64,000 nt of DNA from an uncultured Candidatus Saccharibacteria bacterium (GTDB taxonomy: Bacteria > Patescibacteriota > Minisyncoccia > Phycocordibacterales > GWA1-40-21): assembly GCA_964567825.1 (NCBI GenBank), contig CAZMNX010000002.1, positions 62,767 to 126,766 of the forward strand. The letters run 5' to 3'. Position numbers and translations under genes: made by a program. Below, one piece after another: positions 10,167-19,402 of this stretch (positions are counted from its first letter, which is position 1; each line of letters starts with the position of its first letter). The notes under the pieces are model-generated. The model searched no databases. It saw only the letters and a list, made by a program, of their open reading frames with translations, and had not been told where the DNA came from.

Positions 10167-10522
10167 CTAAATAGGCTTAATTTCTATCCCATAAATCCCA
10201 AATTTAGGGATGTTTTCTTTATACTCTTCAAAAACGGTATTGTATCTTTCAATAGCACCACTGATATCCAAGCCGGAGGACAAAGCATTCCTAGTTCCTT
10301 CCGCCTCTAACATAGATCTGACATCTGGGTAGTGCCTAACGCCTAAAATTTCCACTTTCATCACCTCATTTGTCGTCATGTTGGTAAAAGTAAAAGTGTC
10401 TCCTGATTTTAGATCAACATAAGGAGTTTTATCATAACTGGTCGGCACTCGAGTTTCTATCTTTTTTTTCCAGCTTTTATGGCTTTAAATGGCCTATCTA
10501 ATAAATTTAAGTTGTAGTTCAT
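10167..10522 (-). pseudogene. ASCH domain protein split by a frameshift in an A8 run
   Basis: ATG 10522 gives MNYNLNLLDRPFKAIKAGKKR*; a -1 shift restores GKKKIETRVP (ASCH GxKxxExR) and joins ORF 10167..10448. Confidence 0.75.
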
Positions 10523-10998
10523 TTTATTTTACTTAAGATTAATTTGACAGTTTCCTCTGGTGTTTGGTCAGTGTTATCAATTATCTCTCCAAAACTTGGC
10601 TTATGAATGCCAGTATCGTAATGGTGCTGGATTCTCTGTCTTTCCCAGTCGGTTAATTCTCTAGTACCTCTATTTGTCAGAGTTTTTTCTAGCTTTGGTG
10701 CCAAAGTAAAGACATGCGTCTCAATATCCAGATCCTTTAGACCAGCAACAAAATAATCGTAATTCTTTTGAGACAGTGGGTATGGGACAATAACATTCAG
10801 ACCCCTAGCTATAAAATTTCTAATAGTTGTGAGGGCGTTTTCGAGGTTTAAGGGGATAGCTTCATCTATAGGCATCCACTCTATCATTTCGTGAAAGGCG
10901 TCTATCTCCATCAGTGCCGTTTTAGGCAATTCTTTTGCTAAGAGTTTTGCCACCGTGCTTTTACCAGAATTTATTGAGCCGTTTAAAAATATAATCAT
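10519..10998 (-). CDS. Small P-loop kinase (nucleoside/antibiotic kinase-like)
   Basis: LNGSINSGKST Walker A, ~160 aa. Confidence 0.75.
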   Translation of the reverse strand: MIIFLNGSINSGKSTVAKLLAKELPKTALMEIDAFHEMIEWMPIDEAIPLNLENALTTIRNFIARGLNVIVPYPLSQKNYDYFVAGLKDLDIETHVFTLAPKLEKTLTNRGTRELTDWERQRIQHHYDTGIHKPSFGEIIDNTDQTPEETVKLILSKIK

Positions 10999-11002
10999 AT
11001 TA

Positions 11003-11749
11003 TTATTTTAATTTTTTTAATAATCTCAAACTTTGCCTAATAAATTCAGTAAAATCTTTTTTATTAACTACTAAATCTTCATAAAGATTTTCCAATAATT
11101 TTGATAAAAATTCACCATTTATTTTCAGCTCCTTGTGTTTGGGATAATAACCGTAATATTTTGGAATATTGAGGGCGTTTATTATTCTATCATCGCAAAG
11201 AATAATCACAGCTAACATCTCACTCAAAATCCATTCTTTATGTGGGCTTTCATATTTTTCTCTGCTTATCTCCGGAAATTCTTCTTTAAGCTTTTTGAAA
11301 AATAAAAAATGTGATATTTCATGAGCAATAGTTTTATTTGGATTTTTATGATCCGGTGGTATGGAGAAGCTCCAGTTATCAAGAAAACGTGGGCAGATTG
11401 GATTGATTGAAATATAAGCGGTGATTTCTTTTTCTAGATAATTTGTTTGAATTATCTCAAATAATTTTTCTAAAGTTTCTTTTTCTACTTTTTGCCAATT
11501 ATTTTTTACTAGTAATAGTCCTTCATTAATTTTAGAACCAAGTTCCTGTCTTATATTAGTAATTTCTTTCTTGATAGATTGTTTTCTCTTGTCCTCATTC
11601 TCCATTTTCTTAATTTCTAAAAACTGGGGGTATTTTTTAGTTATCACATCACTCCAATCTTCAGCCAAAAAGCCTAGCAACATTTCGGTTTCTAGATCTA
11701 GTGGCATTTGTTTGAAGATTACTTTTGGAAGAGTATTTTCTATCGTCAT
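11003..11749 (-). CDS. Hypothetical protein, zincin-like HExxH motif
   Basis: IAHEISHF followed by LSE. Confidence 0.6.
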   Translation of the reverse strand: MTIENTLPKVIFKQMPLDLETEMLLGFLAEDWSDVITKKYPQFLEIKKMENEDKRKQSIKKEITNIRQELGSKINEGLLLVKNNWQKVEKETLEKLFEIIQTNYLEKEITAYISINPICPRFLDNWSFSIPPDHKNPNKTIAHEISHFLFFKKLKEEFPEISREKYESPHKEWILSEMLAVIILCDDRIINALNIPKYYGYYPKHKELKINGEFLSKLLENLYEDLVVNKKDFTEFIRQSLRLLKKLK

Positions 11750-11750
11750 A

Positions 11751-12731
11751 TTATTCTAATTCTTTTAAAAGTTTCAAAGATCTCTCCAAAAGATAATCTC
11801 CACCCTCACCCCAATCAAAGTATCTTTTGTAATTCTTTGGATCTATTAATTCTATCTTATTAATATCGCCATCCGGATCAGAGATAAAATCACCATATGG
11901 TTCAACTAGACAAAAAGATCTGGTTTGAGTGACGATACCTTGTGGTTCAGAAATTTGAATGAAACCAATAGGAATCTGTTTAATAACTTTCATATTTGTT
12001 TCTTCTTTTACCTCTCTTATAACAGCTTCTTCAATCGTTTCTCCAGCTTCAACTGCTCCGCCTGGTGGAGTCCAATAATTCTTCTTATCAGACCAGACGA
12101 CAACCATTTTTCCTTTATAAAAACAAAAAGCGTGAACACCTTGAACCTTAATATCTTTTAATTCCGAAAAATCATTACTGCCAGAATAGGTATAATCCAA
12201 CATTTGACCACTACGGTTTTTCAACTGAGATTTAAATGGTAATAATTTTTTGACTAGTTCCTGCCAATTTTCCACTCTGATAACTTTAGGTAAAAATTGA
12301 TTGAATTCTCGAACCTCTTTTTCCTCGGGTTGAAAGAGGAATAATTTCGAAACAGTTCCAATCATATAACTCAAAACCTCTAACCGATCATCAACAAAAT
12401 AGGTAATATTATTTTCTCTGCAGATTTTCTCTTTCTCGCTTCGTTCTTGGCAGAAGAAGACATTTTCTGTTTTTATACCTATTTTGATATAAAAATCATT
12501 ATCATCAAGCCAAGCTAAAATCTTTTCTCTGGCCCAAGCGGTACATTTAGATATTAAAAAAATATCACCATGAAATTTCTCATCATTAAGTTTCCTTAAA
12601 CAATCAAAAACATCATCTGTCGCTGGAATGGTGGAATACCTTTCCTCTAATAATGTCTTATCTTCTTTATCTACTAAACGATGATTAATAATTACATTTC
12701 AAATATCTACACCTAAGGCTTCCTTTTTCAT
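11751..12731 (-). pseudogene. HAD-like + NUDIX fusion with one in-frame TGA at codon 11
   Basis: ATG 12731 is in frame with ORF 11751..12374; MKKEALGVDI*NVII...YFVDDRLEVL then PPGGAVEAGETIEEAVIREVKEET. Confidence 0.7.
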
Positions 12732-12771
12732 AAAGTTAAAGATAGCACAAGAAAAGACTTTTATAAATCCT

Positions 12772-12809
12772 AAAACACAAAAGCACCCAATTGGGTGCTT
12801 TTGTGTTTT
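12772..12809. terminator. Perfect 38 bp palindrome, bidirectional terminator-like, downstream of tRNA-Gln
   Basis: AAAACACAAAAGCACCCAA/TTGGGTGCTTTTGTGTTTT. Confidence 0.7.
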
Positions 12810-12895
12810 GAATACCGCTCTCAGCGGGTATGCTTTCTCCGGTTAGACCTTGGGCTTCGTTCGACGCGACTCGTGCGCTCGAACCTCGCTCAAGT

Positions 12896-12969
12896 TGGCT
12901 GGGAGACTTGGAATCGAACCAAAATTAACGGCTTCAAAGGCCGCTGTCCTACCGTTAGACGATCTCCCA
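12896..12969 (-). tRNA. tRNA-Gln (TTG)
   Basis: Cloverleaf; anticodon arm GCGGC-CT-TTG-AA-GCCGT; GGTTCGATTCC; encoded CCA. Confidence 0.95.
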
Positions 12970-13042
12970 ATAAATAGCGAAAAGCTGATAGCTTTGCTAT
13001 ATAAGCACTAGAATACGTTAAAAATTAGACTTTTTCAAGTGT

Positions 13043-13070
13043 TTGACAACTCAAATCTGCTTGCTATAAT
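13043..13070 (+). promoter_or_regulatory. Consensus promoter TTGACA-16-TATAAT with extended -10 TG; no downstream ORF
   Basis: ttgacaactcaaatctgcttgctataat. Confidence 0.7.
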
Positions 13071-13075
13071 CACAG

Positions 13076-13129
13076 TGATTATGGGCTTCGGCCTCCGAGA
13101 AATCCCGCTTTGGCGGGATTTCGTTGTTT
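13076..13129 (+). ncRNA. Candidate small RNA convergent on the PemK/MazF gene
   Basis: GGGC-UUCG-GCCU hairpin, then GAAATCCCGC-TTTG-GCGGGATTTC hairpin with GTTGTTT tail. Confidence 0.45.
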
Positions 13130-13526
13130 ATAATATACCTCTAACCATATAAGCGATTTTTTCTAGTAGTGCTTGATAATCCCCTTCTTTAATTGTACCA
13201 ATCTTTCGAAATAATCTTTTTGAACTAACCGACTTGATTTGCGATAAGCAAGAATTATAGGTTTTATCATCTTCGCCATTAACATTAAAGTAATACTTAT
13301 TGTCTCTATCTTGAGTAGTAGTTGGAACAACCAGGGCCATGTATTTATTAAATTTCCTAACAATTATGACTGGTCGCAAGAATAACTCGTGTTTTCCATC
13401 AATCTCGACACCAATATTCGTACCGATAATACACCACCAAACTTCCCTTTCATAAAAAAGAACAATATCGTCAATTTGTTGAGTTTCCTTTTTCTTGTTA
13501 TTCCAGAGATCAAAATCTTTTTCCAT
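13128..13526 (-). CDS. PemK/MazF family endoribonuclease toxin
   Basis: EVWWCIIGTNIGVEIDGK...RPVIIV...VVPTTT...LSQIKSVSSKRL. Confidence 0.85.
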   Translation of the reverse strand: MEKDFDLWNNKKKETQQIDDIVLFYEREVWWCIIGTNIGVEIDGKHELFLRPVIIVRKFNKYMALVVPTTTQDRDNKYYFNVNGEDDKTYNSCLSQIKSVSSKRLFRKIGTIKEGDYQALLEKIAYMVRGIL

Positions 13527-13592
13527 AGCGGCGGTATTCTAGCACGCAGGTAAAAAACCAAGATTTAGGGCTGTGTATAAATGAACCGAGGT

Positions 13593-14621
13593 TTAGCCTA
13601 GAATTTTAGTCAGTGCCAATTCCAGCACCAACTCAGGAATATACGCCTTGCTGACCATATCATAATACGAAAGCAAAAGAAGAAGACTGTCGGAGTTAAT
13701 CTTACTCCCCTTTTTGTCTGCCAAGGTTTTAAGGAAAGTGAAATCCGTGTCCGTCATCTCCTCTTTAAACTTTTCCTCCGAAGATTTCAAGTGGCGCATT
13801 AAAAGCACGGCGCGGATTTTAGCGAGGATTAATTTGAAATATAGTAATGTATCAATATTCGATTCTGAGGCTTCGGAAATGGCCTTGAGACCAAGTTCTA
13901 AATTATTTTCATCAATCGATTTTATAAAGCTATTCACCAATTCCGCCTTCGGCGCGCCAGTAACCAAAATCACCTCCTCGGCGGAGATTTTTTTATCTTT
14001 AGACGATCCGATAATCTTCTGCAAAATGCTTTGCGCATCACGGAAGGAACCATCGGCCAGTAAAGCAATGAGTTCGGCCGAAGCCGGTTCCAAAACGAAA
14101 CCCTCTTTTTTAGCAATAGCTAAAGCTACTTCTTTTAACACTTTTTGATTTGGTTTCTTGAAGGAAAAAGTTTGGCAACGAGAAATCACCGTCTCAGGAA
14201 TTTTGCTTTCTTCAGTTGTGGCCATAATGAAGACGACATGAGCGGGTGGCTCTTCCAGGGTTTTAAGTAAAGCATTCCAAGCCGATTTTGATAGCATATG
14301 GGCCTCATCTAAAATATAAACTTTGTATTTGGATTCAAACGGCAAAGTGTTTACCGATTCATTGAGCGCACGAATATCATCCACCCCGGTATTCGAGGCG
14401 GCATCGATTTCATTTATATCACTGGCGCTTGTTCCTATTTCATTTGCAAAAATGCGGGCCACGGAGGTTTTACCAGTTCCACGAGAACCGGAAAAAATAT
14501 AAGCATGAGCGATATTGCCCTGCTCAATCGAAGATTTTAAAACTTTAACAATATGATCCTGCCCCAAAACATCGGAGAATTTCTTGGGGCGATATTTACG
14601 ATACAAGGCTTGGTCGGACAT
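13593..14621 (-). CDS. dnaX: DNA polymerase III subunit gamma/tau
   Basis: LYRKYRP, GSRGTGKT, DEAHML, NALLKTLEEPP, SRC. Confidence 0.97.
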   Translation of the reverse strand: MSDQALYRKYRPKKFSDVLGQDHIVKVLKSSIEQGNIAHAYIFSGSRGTGKTSVARIFANEIGTSASDINEIDAASNTGVDDIRALNESVNTLPFESKYKVYILDEAHMLSKSAWNALLKTLEEPPAHVVFIMATTEESKIPETVISRCQTFSFKKPNQKVLKEVALAIAKKEGFVLEPASAELIALLADGSFRDAQSILQKIIGSSKDKKISAEEVILVTGAPKAELVNSFIKSIDENNLELGLKAISEASESNIDTLLYFKLILAKIRAVLLMRHLKSSEEKFKEEMTDTDFTFLKTLADKKGSKINSDSLLLLLSYYDMVSKAYIPELVLELALTKILG

Positions 14622-14649
14622 GAAAGTAGTATAACAAAATTTTCATATA

Positions 14650-14866
14650 AAAAAAGGTCGGCCCAACCTAGAGCAAGCTCACGGTTGGGCCGATGTACGT
14701 AACGACATCGTCGTCAGTCCAGATGGGCCGGTTCACGGCGTAACCCAGATTGAGATTCATGAGACGGTGTTCCGCATTGTGGTCGGATAACCGAGTCCTC
14801 GTCGTCGCTAGTACCACGAAAATGATCAACTGTTATTAGTTTATACCTATTGTATATAAATTGCAA
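14650..14866 (-). other. Small GC-rich transcription unit (promoter, ~170 nt body, terminator); ncRNA or 30-53 aa peptide
   Basis: TTGCAA-17-TAAACT; TCGGCCCAACC...GGTTGGGCCGA + T-tract; ORF MNLNLGYAVNRPIWTDDDVVTYIGPTVSLL at 14668..14760. Confidence 0.45.
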
Positions 14867-14881
14867 ATAAAAAGTAGGCTC

Positions 14882-15868
14882 CTATTTCTCAAGAGTTTTT
14901 AAATAATCCAAAGTAATCGACTCAATTTCTGCATAATTGTTAGCCTCCATTAGTTTAACCCGCAGCTCTTTTGCCCCCTCCCATCCACTAACGTAAGCTT
15001 TAAAATGTTTTTTCATCACCGCAAAATTTTTACTGCCCGTTAAAGTTTTTTCAAAAAGTTTGGCATGCTCCAGCATGATCTTCAATTTCTCGGCCACTGT
15101 TATTTCTTTTTGATCGGGATTAAATAACCACGGCTTACCAAACGCTCCCCGACCGATCATAATACCGTCACAACCAGTTTCTTCACACTTCCTCCTGCCG
15201 TCGTCAGTATCTTCGACATCCCCATTTCCAATAACTAAAATTTTTCTAATTCTTTCATCCGGAGAATTTTTTATTAAATCTACAACTTTCTTCACGTCTA
15301 CCCAATGCGCCGGCACGTCCGACATTTCTTTTTTAGTTCGGGCATGAATAGTTAGTGCCGAAATATCTTCCTTAATCAACTCTCCAATCCAATCCTCGAT
15401 TTCGATTTTACTAAAACCAATTCGCGTTTTAACTGACACAGGAATATCCTTGCCAGTAGATTTTACTCCCGCTAAAGCTGAACGAATTATTGAGCGAGCT
15501 AATTTAGGAGTCTTAATTAAAGCGGCGCCCGCCCCTTGCTTTAAAACACTTTTATCAGGGCAACCCATATTAATATCAATGCCGTCAAAACCCAGCTTGG
15601 CAATAAAGGCACAAGCTTTTTCAATATTTTCCGGATTAGCACTAAAAATCTGCGCCACAATTGGTCGTTCTTTCTCGGAATATCTAAGCATAGGCATTAA
15701 TTTTTCCTTACCACGTGAGCATAAGCCATCAGCCGAAACAAATTCCGTCCATAACACATCAGGCTTGCCGTATTTAGCAAACATTGCCCGAAAAGGTGCA
15801 TCCGTCACATCGGCCATCGGCGCTAAGCAGAAAAATGGTTTGTTTTTTAACTTGTGCCAAAAATTCAT
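14882..15868 (-). CDS. tRNA-dihydrouridine synthase (Dus family)
   Basis: LAPMADVTD, DINMGCP, VKTRIG, NGDV, MIGRG. Confidence 0.93.
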   Translation of the reverse strand: MNFWHKLKNKPFFCLAPMADVTDAPFRAMFAKYGKPDVLWTEFVSADGLCSRGKEKLMPMLRYSEKERPIVAQIFSANPENIEKACAFIAKLGFDGIDINMGCPDKSVLKQGAGAALIKTPKLARSIIRSALAGVKSTGKDIPVSVKTRIGFSKIEIEDWIGELIKEDISALTIHARTKKEMSDVPAHWVDVKKVVDLIKNSPDERIRKILVIGNGDVEDTDDGRRKCEETGCDGIMIGRGAFGKPWLFNPDQKEITVAEKLKIMLEHAKLFEKTLTGSKNFAVMKKHFKAYVSGWEGAKELRVKLMEANNYAEIESITLDYLKTLEK

Positions 15869-15973
15869 TTATTCAACATATCATTACTTTTGATATTTGA
15901 CAAGTCTACTGTAATCTGCTATACTATCATTCTCGGTAAGAATTTCGAATAAGTTCATTGAAGGAGGCACAAC

Positions 15974-16180
15974 GTGACGAAGCTACATATAAACCCGATT
16001 CGGTTCGGGCGAGACGAAGATGGTTTCTACTGGGTTGGCGGGGTGGTTCTGGGCGTCGTCGCTCTGGCCATGGCGCTTGTCCTTGTATTGGTACCGGCAA
16101 TTCGGACCGACACAGCAATCGGTATCAACCTGCTGACCGGTGCACTCAGCGTCGCGATGTTCAACCTGGTCGGCACCTGA
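15974..16180 (+). CDS. GC-rich small two-TM membrane protein cassette
   Basis: TTGACA-17-TATACT (15897-15925), SD AAGGAGG, GTG start, terminator 16202-16237. Confidence 0.65.
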   Translation: MTKLHINPIRFGRDEDGFYWVGGVVLGVVALAMALVLVLVPAIRTDTAIGINLLTGALSVAMFNLVGT

Positions 16181-16243
16181 TGAAGGTGTGCGGCGACACG
16201 AAGGCGGGCTTCCAAACGGAGGCTCGCCTGTTCTTTTGCCAAA

Positions 16244-17071
16244 TTATTTACCCTTCTTCCCTATTACAATCTTATCGCCAAAACGTAAGTCAATATAATT
16301 AATTTTATCAGCACCAGCAACTAAATCTAATTCCCCGGCTTTAATCGCGGTGAATAAATTTTGAAATGCCAAATCAAAAGCAACTTTACTATTAAAAATA
16401 ATGACCGGCCCCGACTCGAGATAGAAACGATAATCAAAGTTATCGAAAGACACGGCCAGCACACGCAAATTATTTCGATCTAGTAGATCAACTAAACCGT
16501 AAATCTGTTCGTAAGTATTTGTTTCCAGAAAAAAACTACCGATCGAGCTGGTGGCGGCCAGTGGCCCATAACCTCGAACAAAAATATTATTTGAAAAAGT
16601 TGAAGCCTCGTTATAAATATAACCGGTTTTATCTACCAAAAAACAAGTTTGTTCTTTTTCCTTATAATCATTACCGCACCAAACTGAATGAGGTCTTCGT
16701 TCAGTAATCTTGACCGTGATCTCTTGCCACTTGGTCCAAGAAATTTTTACGGTATTTATTGTTTTCAAATTATTTAGCAAATCAGCCTTGATTTGAAACC
16801 GAGGGAAAATCAGAAAATTACGTCGAGAAAAAAGCCCTAAATAACGCCCGGAAAGGTCCGCATTAACGAGCTCTAAAACTTCGGCATTAGAAACCGCAGC
16901 ATTACCGGAAATTTTTATATCTTTAATAACAATCTCATCCTGACCAGAGACAATCGCTAAACTAATTAAAATAATCAGCAGTAAAAATAGAACAATAACA
17001 AAACGAACCCAAAAAAGACGTCTCTTTTTTGCTCTCACTGTCGAAGGACCTAAATTAGGATTTCTTTTCAT
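16244..17071 (-). CDS. Cell division protein FtsQ/DivIB-like
   Basis: Basic N-terminus, single TM, POTRA-like region, YIDLRFGDK. Confidence 0.75.
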   Translation of the reverse strand: MKRNPNLGPSTVRAKKRRLFWVRFVIVLFLLLIILISLAIVSGQDEIVIKDIKISGNAAVSNAEVLELVNADLSGRYLGLFSRRNFLIFPRFQIKADLLNNLKTINTVKISWTKWQEITVKITERRPHSVWCGNDYKEKEQTCFLVDKTGYIYNEASTFSNNIFVRGYGPLAATSSIGSFFLETNTYEQIYGLVDLLDRNNLRVLAVSFDNFDYRFYLESGPVIIFNSKVAFDLAFQNLFTAIKAGELDLVAGADKINYIDLRFGDKIVIGKKGK

Positions 17072-18338
17072 TCACGATAACACTTTTACCCATATACTTT
17101 TGCAACACTTCTGGCACTTTAATCGAACCGTCGGCTTGCTGATAATTTTCTACCACCTGAATTAAAATTCTAGGAGTGGCCAGAGCGGTATTATTTAAGG
17201 AATGAGCGAAACGAGTTTTACCATCGGAATCTTTATAACGAATATTCAAACGGCGATTTTGAAAATCATGGAAATAAGAACAAGAATGAGTCTCTCGATA
17301 CTTCATCGCCGCTGGTGACCAGGTTTCAATATCATACTTTTTAACCTGACCCAAACCCAGATCTCCGCCACAGTTGACCACCACATGATAAGGTAATTTC
17401 AAGGCTCGCAAAATCTCTTCCGCATTTTCGCGTAATTCTTCATGATGACGAACGGAGGTTTCGTGATTAGCCTCACATAAAATCACCTGCTCAAACTTCA
17501 TAAATTCATGCACTCGATACAAACCCTTCACATCTTTACTGTGGCTACCTGCTTCGCGCCTAAAAGCCGGTGAAAAGGCAATAACTTTTTTCGGTAAATC
17601 TTTAGAATCTAGAGTTTTATCGGCAAAATAACTCATGGCGCTAACTTCGGCCGTACCAGCCAAATATTCTCCATCTTGAGTTTTATATAGATCATCCTCA
17701 CCTTGAGGCAAATAACCAGTACCGAGCAGGGTTTCGCGGCGAACAAGCGAAGGCACAATCATTGGTTGATAATCTTTTTTCTGCTCCCTAAAATATTCCA
17801 TCACAAATTGCCATAAAGCATATTCCAATAAGGCGCCGTCGTTTTTTAAGATATAGCCACGAAAACCAGCAATGCGAGTACCGGCCTCAAAATCTACCAT
17901 GTCTAAATCTTCCATTAATTTAATATGGTCTTTAACGGGAAAATCAAATTTAGGAATTTCGCCCCAAACACTGTATTCAACATTAGCCGAATCATCAGGA
18001 CCTTCCGGTACCGACATATCTGGCACGTTTGGCACCTGTAGCATCAGAGTTTGCCACTTCTTCATCACCTCTTTTAATTCCTCATCGCCTTTTTGCATGG
18101 CCTCCTTCACCGATTTCATCTCTGAAATTAGTTGGGATTTTTTGGTTTGATCAGCCTCCTTAACCACGCTTTCACTAAAACGATTCTGCTCCGCTCGTTT
18201 ATTTTCAATCAAACTAAGTAATTCTTTTCTTTTATCATCCACCCGTAGTAGTTCTTCAATATCCACAACCAGATTCTTCTTTTTGGCTCCGGCCTGAACG
18301 ATGTCCTTATTCTCTCTAATGAATTTTATATCTAACAT
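17055..18338 (-). CDS. serS: Serine--tRNA ligase
   Basis: MLDIKFIREN, GTAEV, FRREAG, GLYRVHEF, HSLNNTALA. Confidence 0.97.
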   Translation of the reverse strand: MLDIKFIRENKDIVQAGAKKKNLVVDIEELLRVDDKRKELLSLIENKRAEQNRFSESVVKEADQTKKSQLISEMKSVKEAMQKGDEELKEVMKKWQTLMLQVPNVPDMSVPEGPDDSANVEYSVWGEIPKFDFPVKDHIKLMEDLDMVDFEAGTRIAGFRGYILKNDGALLEYALWQFVMEYFREQKKDYQPMIVPSLVRRETLLGTGYLPQGEDDLYKTQDGEYLAGTAEVSAMSYFADKTLDSKDLPKKVIAFSPAFRREAGSHSKDVKGLYRVHEFMKFEQVILCEANHETSVRHHEELRENAEEILRALKLPYHVVVNCGGDLGLGQVKKYDIETWSPAAMKYRETHSCSYFHDFQNRRLNIRYKDSDGKTRFAHSLNNTALATPRILIQVVENYQQADGSIKVPEVLQKYMGKSVIVNEKKS

Positions 18339-18426
18339 GTTAAAAAATTAAGTTAAAAAATGGGTCTGATTTATCCACATTTATATTGGTTTTAATGATA
18401 ACAATTAATGCTAGGATTCACAAGTT

Positions 18427-19320
18427 ATGAAAATCAATCATCCAATGGATCAGGATTTTCCTATTCGAGAATTGAAACCGACAGAATTTCCAAAACAGCT
18501 TTTGGAAATTCCTGAGCCACCAGCTAAACTTTTTATTCGGGGTGAACTACCCGGACCTGAAACTAAATTATTATGCGTGGTTGGTAGTCGTAAATACACT
18601 AATTACGGTAAAGACGTTTGTGAAAAATTAATCGCTGGCTTGCGAGGCTACGACGTCACAATCGTTTCAGGACTAGCAATCGGAATTGACGGCATCGCTC
18701 ATCAAGCGGCAATTAACACTGGACTTAAAACTATCGCCATGCCAGGTTCTGGTTTAGAGGTAAAAGCCATTCACCCATTAGCTCACGTTGGCTTGGCGCA
18801 GAGAATTTTAGAAAGTGGTGGTTGTCTTTTGTCTGAATTTGAACCAGATTTCATGGCCACACAATACAGCTTTCCAAAAAGAAATCGTATTACTGCTGGA
18901 TTGTCGCAAGCGGTTTTAATTATCGAAGCGGAAATAAAATCTGGAACTTTAATTACTTCGAGGCTGGCGACCGAATATAATAAAGATGTACTGACAGTGC
19001 CGGGGAATATTTTCTCTAAAACTTCCGAAGGTCCTCATGCCTTAATCAGACTGGGCGCAACGCCGATTACTAAATCAGAAGAACTGATCGAGGCCCTAGG
19101 CTTTAAAAATAAAAATGAGGAGCCAAGAAATTTAGAACTAGAGTATGCCGAGTGTTCAGACGAAGAGAAAAAAATCATCACTCTATTAAATGAGCCGAAA
19201 ACTCGCGATGAGATCCTGCGTTCATTAGATTTACCGGTTAGTGAGATCAACACTATTTTAACAATTATGGAATTAAAGAGTTTAATTAAAGAAGATTTGG
19301 GTGAAATTAAGCTAATTTAA
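18427..19320 (+). CDS. dprA: DNA-processing protein DprA
   Basis: VVGSRK, VSGLAIGIDG, FPKRNRI, SGTLIT. Confidence 0.95.
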   Translation: MKINHPMDQDFPIRELKPTEFPKQLLEIPEPPAKLFIRGELPGPETKLLCVVGSRKYTNYGKDVCEKLIAGLRGYDVTIVSGLAIGIDGIAHQAAINTGLKTIAMPGSGLEVKAIHPLAHVGLAQRILESGGCLLSEFEPDFMATQYSFPKRNRITAGLSQAVLIIEAEIKSGTLITSRLATEYNKDVLTVPGNIFSKTSEGPHALIRLGATPITKSEELIEALGFKNKNEEPRNLELEYAECSDEEKKIITLLNEPKTRDEILRSLDLPVSEINTILTIMELKSLIKEDLGEIKLI

Positions 19321-19402
19321 AAATGGGTCAGCTTTGACACACTCTTAATTTGGGTGTATAATGTGGCTAGAAGGTTAGAAACTGTCGAGAGAAAGGTTTA
19401 CG

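Noticed and set aside
12795-12977. 60 aa ORF
   Set aside because: Overlaps tRNA-Gln and palindromes; likewise 26258..26533 overlaps tRNA-Leu and miaA
14650-14830. SRP RNA (ffs), often found upstream of dnaX
   Set aside because: The conserved CAGG...GGAA...GCAG helix-8 motif is absent on both strands
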